DNA from: an uncultured Nitrospirota bacterium
Lineage (GTDB): Bacteria > Nitrospirota > Nitrospiria > JACRHA01
Direction of reading: 5' to 3'
Length of the DNA stretch: 24,000 bases
NCBI GenBank assembly: GCA_964648095.1
Contig: CAZYNY010000032.1
Coordinates: 724-24,723 of the forward strand
The notes beneath the pieces were generated by a model, which worked only from the letters and a program-made list of their open reading frames with translations, had not been told where the DNA came from and did not search any database. Made by a program: the position numbers and the translations under genes. The first letter of the stretch is position 1, and the number at the start of each line of letters is the position of its first letter. Below, piece by piece: positions 22,675 to 24,000 of this stretch.

Positions 22675-24000
22675 ATGTCATCCAAGGAGCTTGACAAGAG
22701 ATACGATCCAAAAGAGGTGGAAGAGAGGTGGTATAAATTTTGGATTGAGAAGGGCTTATTCCATGCCGACGGGCAGAACCCGGCACCCCCATATTCCATT
22801 GTTATCCCGCCTCCCAATATAACAGGCTCACTCCATATGGGCCATGCACTGGATAATACCCTCCAGGATATCCTGATCCGATGGCGAAGGATGCAGGGCT
22901 TTAATGCCCTATGGATGCCGGGGACCGATCATGCCGGAATCGCAACGCAGAATGTGGTCGAAAAGAAGATCATGGCCGAGAAAAGCAGCCGCGAGGCCTA
23001 CGGCAGGGAGAGGTTTGTAAAGAGGGTATGGGACTGGCGGATGGAATCTGGCAGGGAGATTATAGGCCAGTTAAAGAGACTTGGCTCCTCATGCGACTGG
23101 GAGAGGGAACGCTTCACCATGGACGAGGGGTTCTCCATTGCCGTTAAGGAGGCATTTGTAAGGCTCTATGAAGACGGCCTGATATACAGGGGGAACAGGC
23201 TTATCAACTGGTGTCCCAGGTGTTCTACCGCATTGTCCGATTTAGAGGTGGAACATGAAGAGATCCAGGGAAGGCTCTACTACATAAGATATCCACTTTC
23301 AAGCGGGATGGGTTCGGTAACCATTGCCACCACAAGGCCCGAGACCATGCTGGGGGATTCTGCTGTGGCTGTAAATCCCGAGGATGAAAGATACAGGAAC
23401 CTTATCGGAAAGAGCATAACCCTTCCTATCGTCAGGCGTGAGATACCGATTATCTCGGATAGGTATGTGGACCCTGAGTTTGGGACAGGCGCCCTTAAGA
23501 TTACCCCTGCACATGACCCCTATGACTTTGAGATCGGACTGAGGCACAACCTCCCCCAGATAAAGGTGGTGGATGAATCGGGTGTGATGAACGAAGAGGC
23601 CGGGGGCTATGCCGGAAAGGACAGATTTGAATGCAGGAGGGAAATATTAGAAGACCTGAAGAATGGCGGATACCTTCAAAAGATAGAGGATCACAGGCAT
23701 TCTGTGGGACACTGCTACAGGTGCAGGACGGTGATAGAGCCGATCATATCGCTTCAGTGGTTTATCAGGATGCAGCCGCTCGCAGAACCGGCAATCGCTG
23801 CCGTAGAAGATGGACGGATAAAGCTTATACCGGGAGGGTGGGCAAAGACATACTTTGAATGGATGAGAAATATCAAGGACTGGTGCATCTCCAGGCAGAT
23901 CTGGTGGGGGCACCAGATACCTGCATGGCACTGCAACGACTGCGGAGGTATCACCGTATCAAGGGATATACCTGAAACCTGCGTATCCTGCAACAGCCTC
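22675..24000 (+). CDS. valS: Valine--tRNA ligase, N-terminal 442 codons; the gene runs off the window end
   Basis: I translated this by hand from the ATG at 22675, and the frame stays open to the window end. It reads [32 protein letters not shown]...[15 protein letters not shown]...[13 protein letters not shown]...[22 protein letters not shown]...[16 protein letters not shown]. The HIGH-type motif (SLHMGH) and ValRS editing-domain blocks are present. It is absent from the ORF track because there is no stop codon in the window. Confidence 0.95.
   Translation, partial: MSSKELDKRYDPKEVEERWYKFWIEKGLFHADGQNPAPPYSIVIPPPNITGSLHMGHALDNTLQDILIRWRRMQGFNALWMPGTDHAGIATQNVVEKKIMAEKSSREAYGRERFVKRVWDWRMESGREIIGQLKRLGSSCDWERERFTMDEGFSIAVKEAFVRLYEDGLIYRGNRLINWCPRCSTALSDLEVEHEEIQGRLYYIRYPLSSGMGSVTIATTRPETMLGDSAVAVNPEDERYRNLIGKSITLPIVRREIPIISDRYVDPEFGTGALKITPAHDPYDFEIGLRHNLPQIKVVDESGVMNEEAGGYAGKDRFECRREILEDLKNGGYLQKIEDHRHSVGHCYRCRTVIEPIISLQWFIRMQPLAEPAIAAVEDGRIKLIPGGWAKTYFEWMRNIKDWCISRQIWWGHQIPAWHCNDCGGITVSRDIPETCVSCNSL

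Noticed and set aside
22608-23993. Several 69-94-aa ORFs on both strands within and just upstream of valS.
   Set aside because: All are out of frame with, or antisense to, the continuous ValRS reading frame that I verified by hand from 22675 to 24000.
1-24000. CRISPR arrays, tRNA or rRNA genes, transposases or integrases.
   Set aside because: There are no regularly spaced repeats of 24-40 nt. No tRNA T-arm consensus was seen on either strand, no rRNA-like sequence was found, and no ORF has recombinase or transposase motifs.

Overview
This window is mostly core genome from a diderm bacterium. It encodes a BamD lipoprotein, a PEP-CTERM protein and RNase Y, and GC looks near 50% by eye. The lineage cannot be assigned from sequence alone.

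**Layout**
- **1-145 (-):** the 5' end of a Uma2/DUF820 endonuclease gene that runs off the window edge.
- **146-818:** an AT-rich spacer with a very good sigma-54 -24/-12 promoter, an IHF-like site and a duplicated 20-nt dyad element.
- **819-1439 (+):** the PEP-CTERM sorting-signal protein driven by that promoter, followed by a clean intrinsic terminator.
- **1610-2359 (+):** bamD.
- **2384-15290 (-):** a 13-kb co-directional block, listed in transcription order: rarA, rny, ymdB, xseA, xseB, ispA, dxs, tlyA, a GalE-like epimerase, pilB and pilC. Most junctions are tiny or overlapping.
- **15291-16184:** an ~0.9-kb gene-poor spacer with repeats and a GC-rich structured patch.
- **16185-20739 (+):** a catabolic cluster of methylmalonyl-CoA mutase catalytic subunit, methylmalonyl-CoA epimerase, Leu/Val-type amino-acid dehydrogenase and a class-III aminotransferase.
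- **20740-22674:** a visibly AT-richer islet with two tandem toxin-antitoxin pairs, MntA/HepT and DUF433/DUF5615 (PIN-like).
- **22675-24000 (+):** the 5' part of valS. It is absent from the ORF track because it has no stop codon in the window.

No rRNA, tRNA, CRISPR array, transposase or integrase was found.

**Most noteworthy non-obvious signals**
1. The enhancer-type sigma-54 architecture in front of the PEP-CTERM gene.
2. A heptad-repeat G-tract/C-tract element at the epimerase-pilB junction. It meets the canonical G-quadruplex motif on the mRNA strand.
3. Four promoters whose -10 box sits 5-7 nt from the ATG, implying leaderless mRNAs for bamD, xseB and both TA operons.
4. Three 10-bp-phased ATTATTG repeats over the mntA promoter.
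5. The unexplained spacer at 15.3-16.2 kb.

I cannot demonstrate a genuinely new multi-gene system here. The TA islet and the unexplained spacer are the best places to look.
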